DNA of 41,381 nt from an uncultured bacterium (GTDB taxonomy: Bacteria; Calditrichota; Calditrichia; RBG-13-44-9): assembly GCA_965370645.1 (NCBI GenBank), contig CBDUVK010000001.1:1-41381 (forward strand). The letters are read 5' to 3'. A program made the position numbers and the translations under genes. The notes under the pieces were generated by a model. The model saw only the letters and a program-made list of their open reading frames with translations. It was not told where the DNA came from and made no database searches. Within the stretch, counting starts at the first letter, position 1; each line of letters opens with the position of its first letter. Of this stretch, positions 9,635-19,208 are shown one piece after another.

Positions 9635-10945
9635 TTGTTAACCGTAATATTTCTATATAGTCTTCTTTTTCTGGTTCTATTAATATTATCAGGTTTTTTT
9701 TCAGGTGCTGAAACCGCCTTTTTCTCATTAACGCCCGCACAGCTAAAACATTTCAAAAATGCCCCGGGAGGGAATGAAAAACAGATCAGTAAACTTATGG
9801 CATTTCCAAGGCAGCTTTTAATTACCATTGTCATTGGAAATACTATGGTCAATATTACGATCGCCTCCTTAGCGGTTGTTTTAACCATTAAAATCAGCAA
9901 ATTTTTTGGACTGAACCAACAACTCATCATTCTGTTAGATGTTCTGGTGGTCACTTTTGTCATCCTGATTTTGAGTGAGATATTACCTAAAATTGTAGCG
10001 ATACGAAATTCGGGAAAATTTTCAAAAAAAACAGTTTATCCACTCACTTTTGTATTCTATTTGCTTTATCCCATATCCTACGGATTGGCACGTTTTACAC
10101 AATTTCTGCAAACTCATTCCGGATTGTCTGAAAAAAGAATTTTGCTTACAGAGGACGAACTAAGGACTCTTGCCGAGGTCGGTGAAGAACACGGTACCCT
10201 TCTCAAAGATGAAAAAGAAATGATCCACAGTATTTTCGAATTTGGACAGACTATTGTAAAGGAAGTTATGGTACCTCGAACTGATATGGTAGTGGTAGAC
10301 ACTATGACGACATTATCAAAATTAATGCAATTGGTAAAAACCAAACTGCATTCTCGAATTCCGGTTTACAAAGAGGAGATTGATAATATCATCGGTATAC
10401 TGTATGTGAAAGATCTACTGCCTTATGTAAATAAGGGTAACAAGAGACAGATCGATCTTGAAAAAATGGTGCGTCCCCCTTATTTTGTACCTGAGCAGAA
10501 AAAGATTGATGAGCTGCTCCGGGAATTCCAGGAAGAGCATATTCACATGGCACTGGTAGTTGATGAATATGGAGGTATTTCGGGACTTGTTACGCTGGAG
10601 GATATCATCGAGGAGATCGTGGGGGAGATTCAGGATGAGTATGACAAAGAATCCCCGCTCTTTAAAAAGATAGATGAGCAAACCTATATCATCGATGGTA
10701 AAATGTCGATTGAAGAGATCAACACTGAATTCGATTTAGCCCTGCCATCAATAGAAGGTGTCGAGACGATCAGCGGCTTTATTTTAAATCTACTGGGCTC
10801 ATTGCCCAAAGAAAAGGAAGAGGTCAACTACCAGAATTTGAAATTCACTGTGGAGAACATTAACAGAAATCGGATTCTGAAAGTTCGACTTGAAAAACTT
10901 CCCATGAGTGAAGATGAAAGTTCCCAAAAAGATCAGTCCGAATAA
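9635..10945 (+). CDS. CNNM/DUF21 membrane protein with CBS pair and CorC_HlyC domain (CorB/TlyC-type putative Mg/Co transporter, 'hemolysin' family)
   Basis: The N-terminus has 4 hydrophobic helices with GAETAFFSL, then a CBS pair (VKEVMVPRTDMV..., IHMALVVDEYGGISGLVTLEDIIEEIVGEI) and a C-terminal CorC_HlyC-like domain. The start is TTG at 9635; an in-frame TAA at 9629 excludes any earlier start. Confidence 0.85.
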   Translation: MLTVIFLYSLLFLVLLILSGFFSGAETAFFSLTPAQLKHFKNAPGGNEKQISKLMAFPRQLLITIVIGNTMVNITIASLAVVLTIKISKFFGLNQQLIILLDVLVVTFVILILSEILPKIVAIRNSGKFSKKTVYPLTFVFYLLYPISYGLARFTQFLQTHSGLSEKRILLTEDELRTLAEVGEEHGTLLKDEKEMIHSIFEFGQTIVKEVMVPRTDMVVVDTMTTLSKLMQLVKTKLHSRIPVYKEEIDNIIGILYVKDLLPYVNKGNKRQIDLEKMVRPPYFVPEQKKIDELLREFQEEHIHMALVVDEYGGISGLVTLEDIIEEIVGEIQDEYDKESPLFKKIDEQTYIIDGKMSIEEINTEFDLALPSIEGVETISGFILNLLGSLPKEKEEVNYQNLKFTVENINRNRILKVRLEKLPMSEDESSQKDQSE

Positions 10946-12326
10946 ATCTCTACTCCGCGAGATCCCAGCTATTCAGGATTTACTTCAGGAGCCGGTTATT
11001 GAGAATGCCGGTATCGACGGTAAATATTTAAAGCTGTTTCTGGAAGAAGAGGTTGAGGCAGTCCGTAAGCATATTCTTGCGGGTGAACCGGACCAAAAAT
11101 ATTCCCGGGAGAGAATAAAAAAGCAAATTCTGAAAAGCGTTCTGGATCGTATAGGGGATCTTCAGGATTTCCAACTCCGCAAGGTTATTAATGGTACCGG
11201 GATAATACTGCATACCAATTTAGGGCGGGCGCCCATTGCCGATTCTGCAAGACAACATCTTTTCAATATCCTGGAAAATTACTGCAATCTTGAATTTGAT
11301 CTGAAAAGCGGAAAACGCGGAGAACGTGACAGCCTGGTAGAAGAAATTATCTGTCTGGTTACCGGGGCGGAAGCAGCGCTGGTAGTGAACAATAATGCTG
11401 CCGCAGTACTGCTGGTACTGAATAGTCTGTGCCGCCGGAAGGAGGTTCCGGTATCACGTGGGGAACTGGTCGAGATAGGGGGCTCTTTCCGAATGCCTGA
11501 GGTGATGAAGGCCGGATTAGTGAAGATGGTTGAAGTGGGCACCACGAATAAAACACACCTGCGAGACTATGTCGAGGCATTGAATAAAAAATCGGCCGGA
11601 ATTTTGAAAGTTCATACCAGTAACTACCGGGTGATGGGATTTACCCAGTCAGTGCCGATCGAAGACCTGGTTCAGCTTGCCAATAAACATCAAATTCCCT
11701 TGATTTATGATGTGGGCTCTGGCGTTTTGGAAGACCTGGAAGAATGGGGCGTGTCTCGTGAACCGGTGGTCAGGGAATATATAGAAGCCGGGGTAGATGT
11801 GATCACCTTTAGTGGGGATAAGGTACTGGGAGGACCTCAGGCAGGAATTATTGTAGGTAAGAAGAACTATATCCAGAAGGTCAAAAAAAATCATCTGTTA
11901 CGGGCGCTTCGTTGTGATAAGTTAACCTATGCCTTGCTCGATGTTACCCTGCGTCTCTATTTACAGAAGGAACAACTCAGAGATTCGCTACCAGTTGCCC
12001 GGATGCTCAATCAGTCAAAGGAAGTCCTGTATACGCGGGGAAACCAGCTTATTCAATCGTTATCCGGTTTTCCAATGCAGATTGAATTGGTAGAGACTCA
12101 TTCACAAATGGGGAGTGGTGCACTGCCTCTGGAAAAAATACCTTCAGTAGCGGTAAAGTTGGAACCTCTGTCTATGTCGGTATCGAAGTTTACCCAAAAC
12201 TTGCGTCGGGACGAACCACTCATCATCGGCTACATTGAAAAGAATGCTTTTTTCCTGAATTTGTTTACGATTAGGGATGAGGAAATTCCTGTTATTGTTG
12301 AGAAGATTCGTAATATATTTGCCTGA
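10908..12326 (+). CDS. selA: L-seryl-tRNA(Sec) selenium transferase
   Basis: INGTGIILHTNLGRAP and the PLP-lysine motif FSGDKVLGGPQAG; 472 aa. The start is GTG at 10908 or ATG at 10914. Either overlaps the upstream stop (10943..10945) by more than 30 nt. Confidence 0.92.
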   Translation: MKMKVPKKISPNKSLLREIPAIQDLLQEPVIENAGIDGKYLKLFLEEEVEAVRKHILAGEPDQKYSRERIKKQILKSVLDRIGDLQDFQLRKVINGTGIILHTNLGRAPIADSARQHLFNILENYCNLEFDLKSGKRGERDSLVEEIICLVTGAEAALVVNNNAAAVLLVLNSLCRRKEVPVSRGELVEIGGSFRMPEVMKAGLVKMVEVGTTNKTHLRDYVEALNKKSAGILKVHTSNYRVMGFTQSVPIEDLVQLANKHQIPLIYDVGSGVLEDLEEWGVSREPVVREYIEAGVDVITFSGDKVLGGPQAGIIVGKKNYIQKVKKNHLLRALRCDKLTYALLDVTLRLYLQKEQLRDSLPVARMLNQSKEVLYTRGNQLIQSLSGFPMQIELVETHSQMGSGALPLEKIPSVAVKLEPLSMSVSKFTQNLRRDEPLIIGYIEKNAFFLNLFTIRDEEIPVIVEKIRNIFA

Positions 12327-12453
12327 AGTGAACAATGCCGGAGTATCACGAGATTCAATGTTTTTTAATTACACTAACCCCTGCCAGTGTATAGACTGGG
12401 GACAAGGGTAACAGGTATTTGAAGAGATAGGTAACAGTTTCCGGGCTATCCTT

Positions 12454-12538
12454 GACCCACCCCTAGGTCCCCTCCCTTATGAATAAGGGAGGGGAAAGAA
12501 AAACTGTTGGGACCTCAGAACAATACTAGGGGTGGGTC
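12454..12538. repeat. GC-rich nested palindrome / candidate structured RNA in the selA-selB spacer
   Basis: Perfect 13-bp outer stem GACCCACCCCTAG (12454-12466) / CTAGGGGTGGGTC (12526-12538). Inner 10-bp hairpin CCCCTCCCTT (12469-12478) / AAGGGAGGGG (12485-12494) with loop ATGAAT. Competing pairing AGGTCCC (12465-12471) / GGGACCT (12509-12515). Confidence 0.6.
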
Positions 12539-12585
12539 ATAGTTAATGATAAACACTTAGTCTTTTATAACAACATCATTTTTTT

Positions 12586-14511
12586 ATGAGTGATTTAGAA
12601 AGACAATATGTTGTTGGCCTGGCGGGTCATATAGACCATGGTAAAACTGCCCTGGTTAAAGCACTTACAGGTATTGATACCGATCGTCTGAAGGAAGAAC
12701 AGGCCCGTGGGATTACTATTGATTTAGGATTTGCACACCTTACCCAAAATATTACTCTCATTGATGTCCCCGGGCATGAGCGGTTAATTAAAAATATGGT
12801 GGCGGGAGTCAGCACAATTGACATAGTACTGTTTGTGATTGCGGCTGATGATGGTATTATGCCTCAAACACGGGAACACCTGGATATTGTCCGCCTGCTG
12901 GGAATTTCCAAAGGGATTTTTGTTCTCACAAAAATTGATTTGGTTGAATCTGACTGGATTGAGCTTGTGGAAGAGGAACTCAGGTCTCTGTTAGTAGGTT
13001 CCGTTTTTGAAAATGCAGAAATCCTGAAGACCTCGACTGAAAAGGGTAAGGGAATTTCGGAAGTAAAAAGGACACTTCTAGAGTTGGTAAAGGAACTTCA
13101 GTTCAGACAGCATGATGGAATTTTCCGGTTACCGATAGATCGCTCTTTCTCGAAGGCAGGATTCGGCAGCATCGTTACCGGGAGCGTAATCTCGGGGAAA
13201 ATAAAAGTAGGTGATAATGTTGAAATTTTACCCGACAAAATCTCTGCACGAATCCGTGGCCTGCAAAGTCATGACTCCAAGGTAACTGAGGTGCTGGCGG
13301 GTTACCGGGCCGCTGTGAATCTGGCGGGCACCGATCGCATTAATTTGTATCGGGGTCAGGTTCTTACCGAACCAAATTATTATGAACCTGTGACTTCACT
13401 GAATGCCTACGTTCAGATCCTTTCGGGCGCTGCTCATCGGCTTAAAAGTCAGATGAGAATTCGTATACATATTCACACCGGCGAAGTATTAGGACGGCTC
13501 ATTTTAATGGAAAAAAAAGAAATTAAACCGGGTGAGCAAGGCTTGGTTCAAATTCGACTGGAAAATCCAGTTTATACCTCTTATCGCGATCGCTTCATTA
13601 TCAGACAGTTTTCACCACAAATCACCATAGGTGGTGGCTTTGTTTTAGAAACAAATCCGGCAAAATTCCGAAAACGATATAAAAAGGACATCGTCCGGAA
13701 CTTACTCACGTTAAAAGATGGAACACCCCCGGAAGTGTTGTTAGCCTGTTTTTCCACTCTTGAAATTCATCCCCTCTCACCAAAGCAATTGCATATAAAA
13801 TCAGGTTTGTCCCGGAATCAGCTTGAGGGTGAACTGAAGGCCCTGATGGAGAAGAAGAAAATCTTACAGATCGAACATGGCAAAGAAAAGTATTATTGCT
13901 CAGAGGCTCAGCTTCAGCTGGTGCATGAAAAAATATGTCGTGAGATTGAACGGTACCATCATCGTTTTCCGGGACGTGCGGGAATCACCATGGCTGAACT
14001 TATCAGTCACCTTATCAAGACCTATCCGGAACATATTATAAAAATTGCCATAACCCACGGATTAGATGAGAAGCTAATCAAACAAACTGATGATTACCTC
14101 TATCTGTCAACATTTCAATCCAAACTCAGTGGGGAAGACAAAGTATTTCTGAAGGAAATCGAGGATAGATATCGTTCGGCGGAATTTAATCCACCTACCA
14201 CAGTTGAAATTATGGATTCTCTAAAAATAAAAGAATCCGTGTTTCGGGAAATGATAAATATATTGAGAGAACAACAGCGCCTGGTGATCATCGATGAAAA
14301 ATTGTTCTATCATATTGAGTCATTTGAGAAAATTCTTAGTCTTAGCCGAAAATTTTTTGCAGAGAATTCTGAAATGAGGGTAGCTGATTTAAAAGAACTG
14401 ACCGGAACCAGCCGGAAACACGCTATTCCTTTACTGACTTATTTGGATTCCCAGGGATATACCCACAGAGAAGGTGATATTAGACTGGCAGGACCCAAGC
14501 TGAAGAAATAA
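12586..14511 (+). CDS. selB: Selenocysteine-specific translation elongation factor
   Basis: N-terminal GTPase ([18 protein letters not shown]) directly alignable to the SelB N-terminus. It is followed by EF-Tu-like domains II/III and a long C-terminal extension of about 270 aa, as expected for the winged-helix SECIS-binding region. It lies next to selA. Confidence 0.9.
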   Translation: MSDLERQYVVGLAGHIDHGKTALVKALTGIDTDRLKEEQARGITIDLGFAHLTQNITLIDVPGHERLIKNMVAGVSTIDIVLFVIAADDGIMPQTREHLDIVRLLGISKGIFVLTKIDLVESDWIELVEEELRSLLVGSVFENAEILKTSTEKGKGISEVKRTLLELVKELQFRQHDGIFRLPIDRSFSKAGFGSIVTGSVISGKIKVGDNVEILPDKISARIRGLQSHDSKVTEVLAGYRAAVNLAGTDRINLYRGQVLTEPNYYEPVTSLNAYVQILSGAAHRLKSQMRIRIHIHTGEVLGRLILMEKKEIKPGEQGLVQIRLENPVYTSYRDRFIIRQFSPQITIGGGFVLETNPAKFRKRYKKDIVRNLLTLKDGTPPEVLLACFSTLEIHPLSPKQLHIKSGLSRNQLEGELKALMEKKKILQIEHGKEKYYCSEAQLQLVHEKICREIERYHHRFPGRAGITMAELISHLIKTYPEHIIKIAITHGLDEKLIKQTDDYLYLSTFQSKLSGEDKVFLKEIEDRYRSAEFNPPTTVEIMDSLKIKESVFREMINILREQQRLVIIDEKLFYHIESFEKILSLSRKFFAENSEMRVADLKELTGTSRKHAIPLLTYLDSQGYTHREGDIRLAGPKLKK

Positions 14512-14556
14512 CCGCCATTAAATATTTAATATTTTAAACCAGATTCTGTTGCTTGC

Positions 14557-15516
14557 TTACCGTTTATTTTTTCCTTCATTTGCCTGTGCAATCCTGATGT
14601 TTCTCAGAAATTTGTTGTATCCACTTCGGCGCACTGCCGTTCCCTCAAACATCTTCTCATATTGTTCACGAGATAGTTTGCCTAAACTTTTCAGGGACAA
14701 ATCTCTCTGCTTAAAGCGACTTTTGAAATCTTCTTCTTTACCGGTTTTAGCAAATCGCTGATTCCAGGGACAGACGATTTGACAGATATCGCAACCGAAT
14801 ATCAGATTCTTCATCTTTTCCTGCAGACGGTTGTCAATATTATCATGGTGTTCGATGGTCAAATATGAAATACACTTGCGGGAATCCAACCGGAAGGGCG
14901 CATCCAGGGCACCGGTAGGGCAAGCGGTCTGGCATTTATTGCAACTTCCGCAAAATTGTTCTGAAATGGGGAGATCAGGATTAAGATCAAGATTTAACAG
15001 AATACCTCCCAAAAAGAAATAGGATCCTTCACCTTTGATCAGAAAGGTTGTATTCTTTCCTATCCATCCCAGACCGGCCCGCATTGCTAATGGCTTTTCC
15101 ATGATGGGGAAAGAATCGACGAAAATACGTCCCTGAGATGTGGGTTCGTCACTGCGAATCCATTGATATAAACTTTTAAGTTTTTTTCGCATGACTTTGT
15201 GATAATCGCGTCCACGTGCATACAAAGAAATTGTGCCGTAACCTGATGGTAATATTGATTTTTCACGTTTCCTGAAATAGTTCAGAGCTACCATGACAAC
15301 CGAGCGGGTCTCCGGGAAAAAGGCTTGCGGATCGGCCCGCTGTTCCGCAGTCTCTTTCAGCCAGGACATGCCCGCCTCTCTACCTTGCTCAAGATACTTT
15401 TTTAAATCCTGTCTCGATTCCTCCAGAATTTCGGCATTGGTAATACCAACGGCACTGAATCCGAGTAATTTGGCCTGTTGTTTGACCTTTATTGAAAGTC
15501 GGGATAAATTATGCAA
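14557..15516 (-). CDS. queG: Epoxyqueuosine reductase
   Basis: 319 aa with two ferredoxin-type Cys clusters (CGSCNKCQTACPTGA, CDICQIVCPWN) and the SLYARGRDYH and GLGWIGKN segments characteristic of QueG. Confidence 0.88.
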   Translation of the reverse strand: MHNLSRLSIKVKQQAKLLGFSAVGITNAEILEESRQDLKKYLEQGREAGMSWLKETAEQRADPQAFFPETRSVVMVALNYFRKREKSILPSGYGTISLYARGRDYHKVMRKKLKSLYQWIRSDEPTSQGRIFVDSFPIMEKPLAMRAGLGWIGKNTTFLIKGEGSYFFLGGILLNLDLNPDLPISEQFCGSCNKCQTACPTGALDAPFRLDSRKCISYLTIEHHDNIDNRLQEKMKNLIFGCDICQIVCPWNQRFAKTGKEEDFKSRFKQRDLSLKSLGKLSREQYEKMFEGTAVRRSGYNKFLRNIRIAQANEGKNKR

Positions 15517-15713
15517 TATATTGTTTCTGTTTGAATGTCTGATTGAAATTTAGCACATCAATAGTTAAGATGTCCAAATTTTTTATCCTTAATATCAGAA
15601 ACTGATACAGCCTATCGATTTTAGTGAAAATTGCTGTAATAAAATATAGATAATAGAGAGGGAAAAATAGACTGAAAAGTTTGAATTGACATCGATAAAA
15701 TTGGCAGGATTGA

Positions 15714-15935
15714 CTATGCTATTTCAGCTTGTGTGGCACCAATGACTGCTGTTAGTTCCAGTGCCCGGACAGGACAAACCCAAATACATTTGCTACAACG
15801 AGTGCAACTATCATGATCAATTGATAGCTGGTAAGTAGACATCCTAATCACATTTTCAGGGCAGACTCCCACACAGGTCCCACACAGATCACACAATTCC
15901 GGGAAGATTACAACTTGTTTATCTTTGAGTGTCAT
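15714..15935 (-). CDS. Small 2x[4Fe-4S] ferredoxin
   Basis: 73 aa with two complete CxxCxxCxxxCP motifs (CDLCGTCVGVCP, CTRCSKCIWVCP). Confidence 0.8.
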   Translation of the reverse strand: MTLKDKQVVIFPELCDLCGTCVGVCPENVIRMSTYQLSIDHDSCTRCSKCIWVCPVRALELTAVIGATQAEIA

Positions 15936-15949
15936 TAAAAATTTCCGTA

Positions 15950-16720
15950 CTAATAATAGGTAAGCAAGTCCTGGGAACTCACTTTTTCCTGCTGAAGGAG
16001 ATGTTTTAAGTGTAAAAATATTTCAGGTTTATTGCTGATGATCCCATGAATCCCAATTTGAATCTGTTCCAGCATTCCTTTTGCTTCATCAATGGTCCAG
16101 GCATAAATTTCCCCGGCACGCTGGGTTAAATTATATATGTAATTTTTATCGAGGATACGGTACCGGGCATGTAAGGATTGTACCGGTTGTCCATTTAGGA
16201 ACATCATACTGGAACGGTTCCGAAAAATAAAACCACTATGCAGACCCGGATAAAGCCCGGCAATTTTTTTCAGTACAAACGGATTAAACGAAGAAAGAAT
16301 TATATTGTCCTTTAAGCCATGTCGCTTGAGTATTTCAATAATTTTTTCTTCCAGTCTGTTCTTTGAGAACGGGTCTTTTTTAATATCGATATTGATGAGC
16401 ACCTTTTTCCTGGCAAGTTCCAGAATCTGATCCAGGGTGGGTATCTTTTCTATGGTTGAATCAATATTTCCCAAAATTAATTGTTTGATTTCGGAAAAGG
16501 TCATTTTTTGTATCGAACCTCGATGGCCGGTCATACGCGCTGTCGAGCGGTCATGAAATACCACCACTTCACCACTGGTACAAAGCCGAACATCCAGTTC
16601 AATTCCATCACACCCCATATCAATTGCTTTCGCAAAAGCACTAATCGAATTTTCTGGTGCAAAACTGTTAGCCCCGCGGTGGGCAAATATGATTGGCAAT
16701 TTCAAAATGATATCAAACAC
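15950..16720 (-). CDS. Glycerophosphodiester phosphodiesterase family protein
   Basis: GDPD signature at the N-terminus (IFAHRGANSFAPENS ... GCDGIELDVRL ... VFHD); 256 aa. Confidence 0.82.
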   Translation of the reverse strand: MFDIILKLPIIFAHRGANSFAPENSISAFAKAIDMGCDGIELDVRLCTSGEVVVFHDRSTARMTGHRGSIQKMTFSEIKQLILGNIDSTIEKIPTLDQILELARKKVLINIDIKKDPFSKNRLEEKIIEILKRHGLKDNIILSSFNPFVLKKIAGLYPGLHSGFIFRNRSSMMFLNGQPVQSLHARYRILDKNYIYNLTQRAGEIYAWTIDEAKGMLEQIQIGIHGIISNKPEIFLHLKHLLQQEKVSSQDLLTYY

Positions 16721-16931
16721 ATGGATATATTGACTGAACTGATTAATTAGGTGAAAAGTGCTAAAATGGTAATAAGGTTTGAAACATAAAGAATGATCCT
16801 TATTTAATCAAGTCTTTTTTATGTCAACGAGCTATCCGCATTGCCTCACATTAAATGTAACCCTGGCGACTTTGAAAAAGTGTCATTGACTCATAATTTA
16901 TGTAACCGAAAATATAGGACGAATTACATAT

Positions 16932-17708
16932 TCACAATACAATCAAATCTCCGTCTTGGGCGATGTGAACTGGCCCGGAATATTGTTGAGAAACTTGATC
17001 TCCGATATCTGTTCGAAGAACCTCCGGATAAAGATGAGTGAGAATGAGTTTCTTTACTCCAGCTTGCCGGGCAACTTGACCAACTCGCGTGGGCGTTAAA
17101 TGATGTTCTTCAGCTCTGTCGTCAGGAAAAGAACATTCTAAAATTGCTATATCGGCATTTCGCGAAAGCTCGATCAGTTCCGGACAATATCCGCTATCAC
17201 CGGATATGGCAATTACTTTCTTGTTTTTTTCAAACCGGTAGCCAACACTTTCCTTGACATGATACACGGGAAACCATTCGAAGGTAAAATCTAAAATATT
17301 ATAAGTCGAATCATGTATTTCTCTAACCTGAAACATAGAATCTTCCAACCATTCACCCAAAATTTCAGCCATCAGACTGAAGAACCGAGATAAACCGGTT
17401 GCACCCCAGATATCAATTGGACGAGGTTGCCGGAAAGAGGTATGGTACCTGGTGAAGAGTATCGCGATTAAATCCATGATGTGATCAGGATGAAAATGGG
17501 TAAGAAAAATGTGGTCAATTCTGCCGAGATCCTTTTTCAATTCTCTCAAACGCAGCCAACTACCCGGACCGCAATCCACAAGAAGAGTGCTTTCTGAACT
17601 TTCAATCAAAACCGCTGAACAGGCCCGGGAATCCTTTGATCGCATCGTACCGGTGCCGATCATGGTTAGGTTGATACCTGTGATATTTTTTTCTGATCTT
17701 TGCGACAA
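16932..17708 (-). CDS. MBL-fold metallo-hydrolase (RNase Z/PhnP-like)
   Basis: HxHxDH motif (THFHPDHIMD) preceded by LLVDCGPG; 258 aa. The substrate cannot be deduced. Confidence 0.75.
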   Translation of the reverse strand: MSQRSEKNITGINLTMIGTGTMRSKDSRACSAVLIESSESTLLVDCGPGSWLRLRELKKDLGRIDHIFLTHFHPDHIMDLIAILFTRYHTSFRQPRPIDIWGATGLSRFFSLMAEILGEWLEDSMFQVREIHDSTYNILDFTFEWFPVYHVKESVGYRFEKNKKVIAISGDSGYCPELIELSRNADIAILECSFPDDRAEEHHLTPTRVGQVARQAGVKKLILTHLYPEVLRTDIGDQVSQQYSGPVHIAQDGDLIVL

Positions 17709-17846
17709 CGAGAAACCATAATTTGAATTACACAGATAAATTAATAAAATATCAAGAGTTTTTAACCATTTTCTTTAAAATATTTTTCTTGATATACCCT
17801 TAATTTTCAGTTATGTTTTTGAATATTTTGATGATAAGGACATTAT

Positions 17847-18413
17847 ATGTCTCGAAAATTATTTATTTTTGTACTTTTGATCTCCGCTATGTTTTTCATG
17901 ATATATTGTGCCTCCTCAAAAAAGGAAAAAACCACACGCGGTCTCGGTGAAGTGTCCAATGAGCTAAATGAATCCTTCGATCCGCTCTCCCTTGATGATG
18001 ATGATATCATTTTTAAACAGCCCCAGACTAACATTGTAAATGAGACACCAGTTTATTTACCGGTTGAGGAACCTGTCGATCTAGCAACAGCTATTGAGGA
18101 AAATAAACAAATAGATGGATTCAGAATTCAATTGCTTTCAACCAAGGATCTGGAAAATGCTACCCGGGCAAAAGCGATTGCAATGGAACAGTTTACAGAT
18201 GTTCGTGTGAAATTTTATTTGGAGTTTGATTCACCATACTACAAGGTTCGATTGGGCGATTTCCAGACCCGTGGAAAAACGGAAGAAATTCGAGAAATTG
18301 TCAGATCACGTGGATATCCCAAAGCATGGATTGTTAAAAGTAAAATATGGAGTAATCCAGAATTTCCAGCCCCAGAAGATTCAACAGTAGTCGACTCTCC
18401 TGAACTCTATTAA
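17847..18413 (+). CDS. SPOR-domain protein (septal peptidoglycan binding), with signal or lipoprotein-like N-terminus
   Basis: Hydrophobic N-terminus ending ...MIYCASS, an acidic linker, then a C-terminal SPOR-like repeat (GFRIQLLSTKDLENA...YYKVRLGDFQTRGKTEEI). Confidence 0.75.
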   Translation: MSRKLFIFVLLISAMFFMIYCASSKKEKTTRGLGEVSNELNESFDPLSLDDDDIIFKQPQTNIVNETPVYLPVEEPVDLATAIEENKQIDGFRIQLLSTKDLENATRAKAIAMEQFTDVRVKFYLEFDSPYYKVRLGDFQTRGKTEEIREIVRSRGYPKAWIVKSKIWSNPEFPAPEDSTVVDSPELY

Positions 18414-18445
18414 ATTATAGTATTTATATCGATTTGGAGGTCTAT

Positions 18446-19192
18446 ATGTCCGGCCATTCTAAGTGGGCAAATATTCGATTTCGCAAAGAGCGCCAGGATG
18501 CAGCGAGAGGTAAAATTTTTACCAAATTAATTAAAGAAATAACCATTGCTGCCCGGACCGGGGGAAAGGACCTGGATGCAAATCCACGTCTGAGAACTGC
18601 CGTGCAGAATGCAAAAGCCCAGAATATGCCCGCCAAGAATATTGAGAATGCCATATTAAAGGGAACTGGAGAATTGCCGGGGGTAATATATGAGGAGATC
18701 ACCTTCGAAGGGTACGGTCCCGGCGGTGTGGCTCTATATATTTTAGTTACCACAGATAATAGAAACCGCAGTGTGGCTGAAATTCGCCATCTTTTGAATA
18801 AATATGGCGGTAATCTGGGAGAAACCGGGAGTGTGAGCTGGGTTTTTGAGAAAAAAGGATTAATCTTAATTTCTAAAGGGTCCTATGAGGAAGAGGAACT
18901 CATGTTAAAAGCGATTGATGGTGGTGCGGATGATTTTAAAGTGGAAGATGATTATTATGAAATATATACCAAATTTGAAGATTTAAACAGTGTCTGCTCT
19001 TTTCTGCAAGAGGCCGTCCCGGAAATAGAAAATGCTGAACTTACCATGGTGCCACAAAATACAGTAGCACTGGAAGGCAAACAAGCAGAACAAATGCTCA
19101 AATTAATGAATGCCCTGGAAGATTCTGATGAGGTTCAGAATGTCTTTGCTAATTTTGACATCGATGAAGAGATTATGGTAAAAATGCAATAA
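18446..19192 (+). CDS. yebC: YebC/PmpR family DNA-binding transcriptional regulator
   Basis: The canonical N-terminus MSGHSKWANI starts at the ATG at 18446. GGAGG lies at 18436-18440. The track start at 18434 is an upstream TTG. Confidence 0.9.
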   Translation: MSGHSKWANIRFRKERQDAARGKIFTKLIKEITIAARTGGKDLDANPRLRTAVQNAKAQNMPAKNIENAILKGTGELPGVIYEEITFEGYGPGGVALYILVTTDNRNRSVAEIRHLLNKYGGNLGETGSVSWVFEKKGLILISKGSYEEEELMLKAIDGGADDFKVEDDYYEIYTKFEDLNSVCSFLQEAVPEIENAELTMVPQNTVALEGKQAEQMLKLMNALEDSDEVQNVFANFDIDEEIMVKMQ

Positions 19193-19208
19193 GATAAAGG
19201 TTTATTTT

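Noticed and set aside
12335-12529. Two short ORFs in the selA-selB spacer (12335..12394, 19 aa; 12479..12529, 16 aa)
   Set aside because: Neither has an SD at a sensible distance and both are very short. The second is generated by the palindrome itself (its ATG lies in the hairpin loop). There is no support for coding.
12327-12585. Possible tRNA-Sec (selC) hidden between selA and selB
   Set aside because: Neither strand has a T-arm box (GGTTCGA-like) or an 8-bp acceptor stem with a G73-CCA-type end. The only loop containing TCA (minus strand of 12479-12484) is 6 nt on a 10-bp stem, not a 7-nt U-UCA-A anticodon loop.
14512-14556. AT-only palindrome TTAAATATTTAA between the convergent selB and queG as a terminator
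   Set aside because: The stem is entirely A-T, with no GC clamp or clear U-tract. It is too weak to call.
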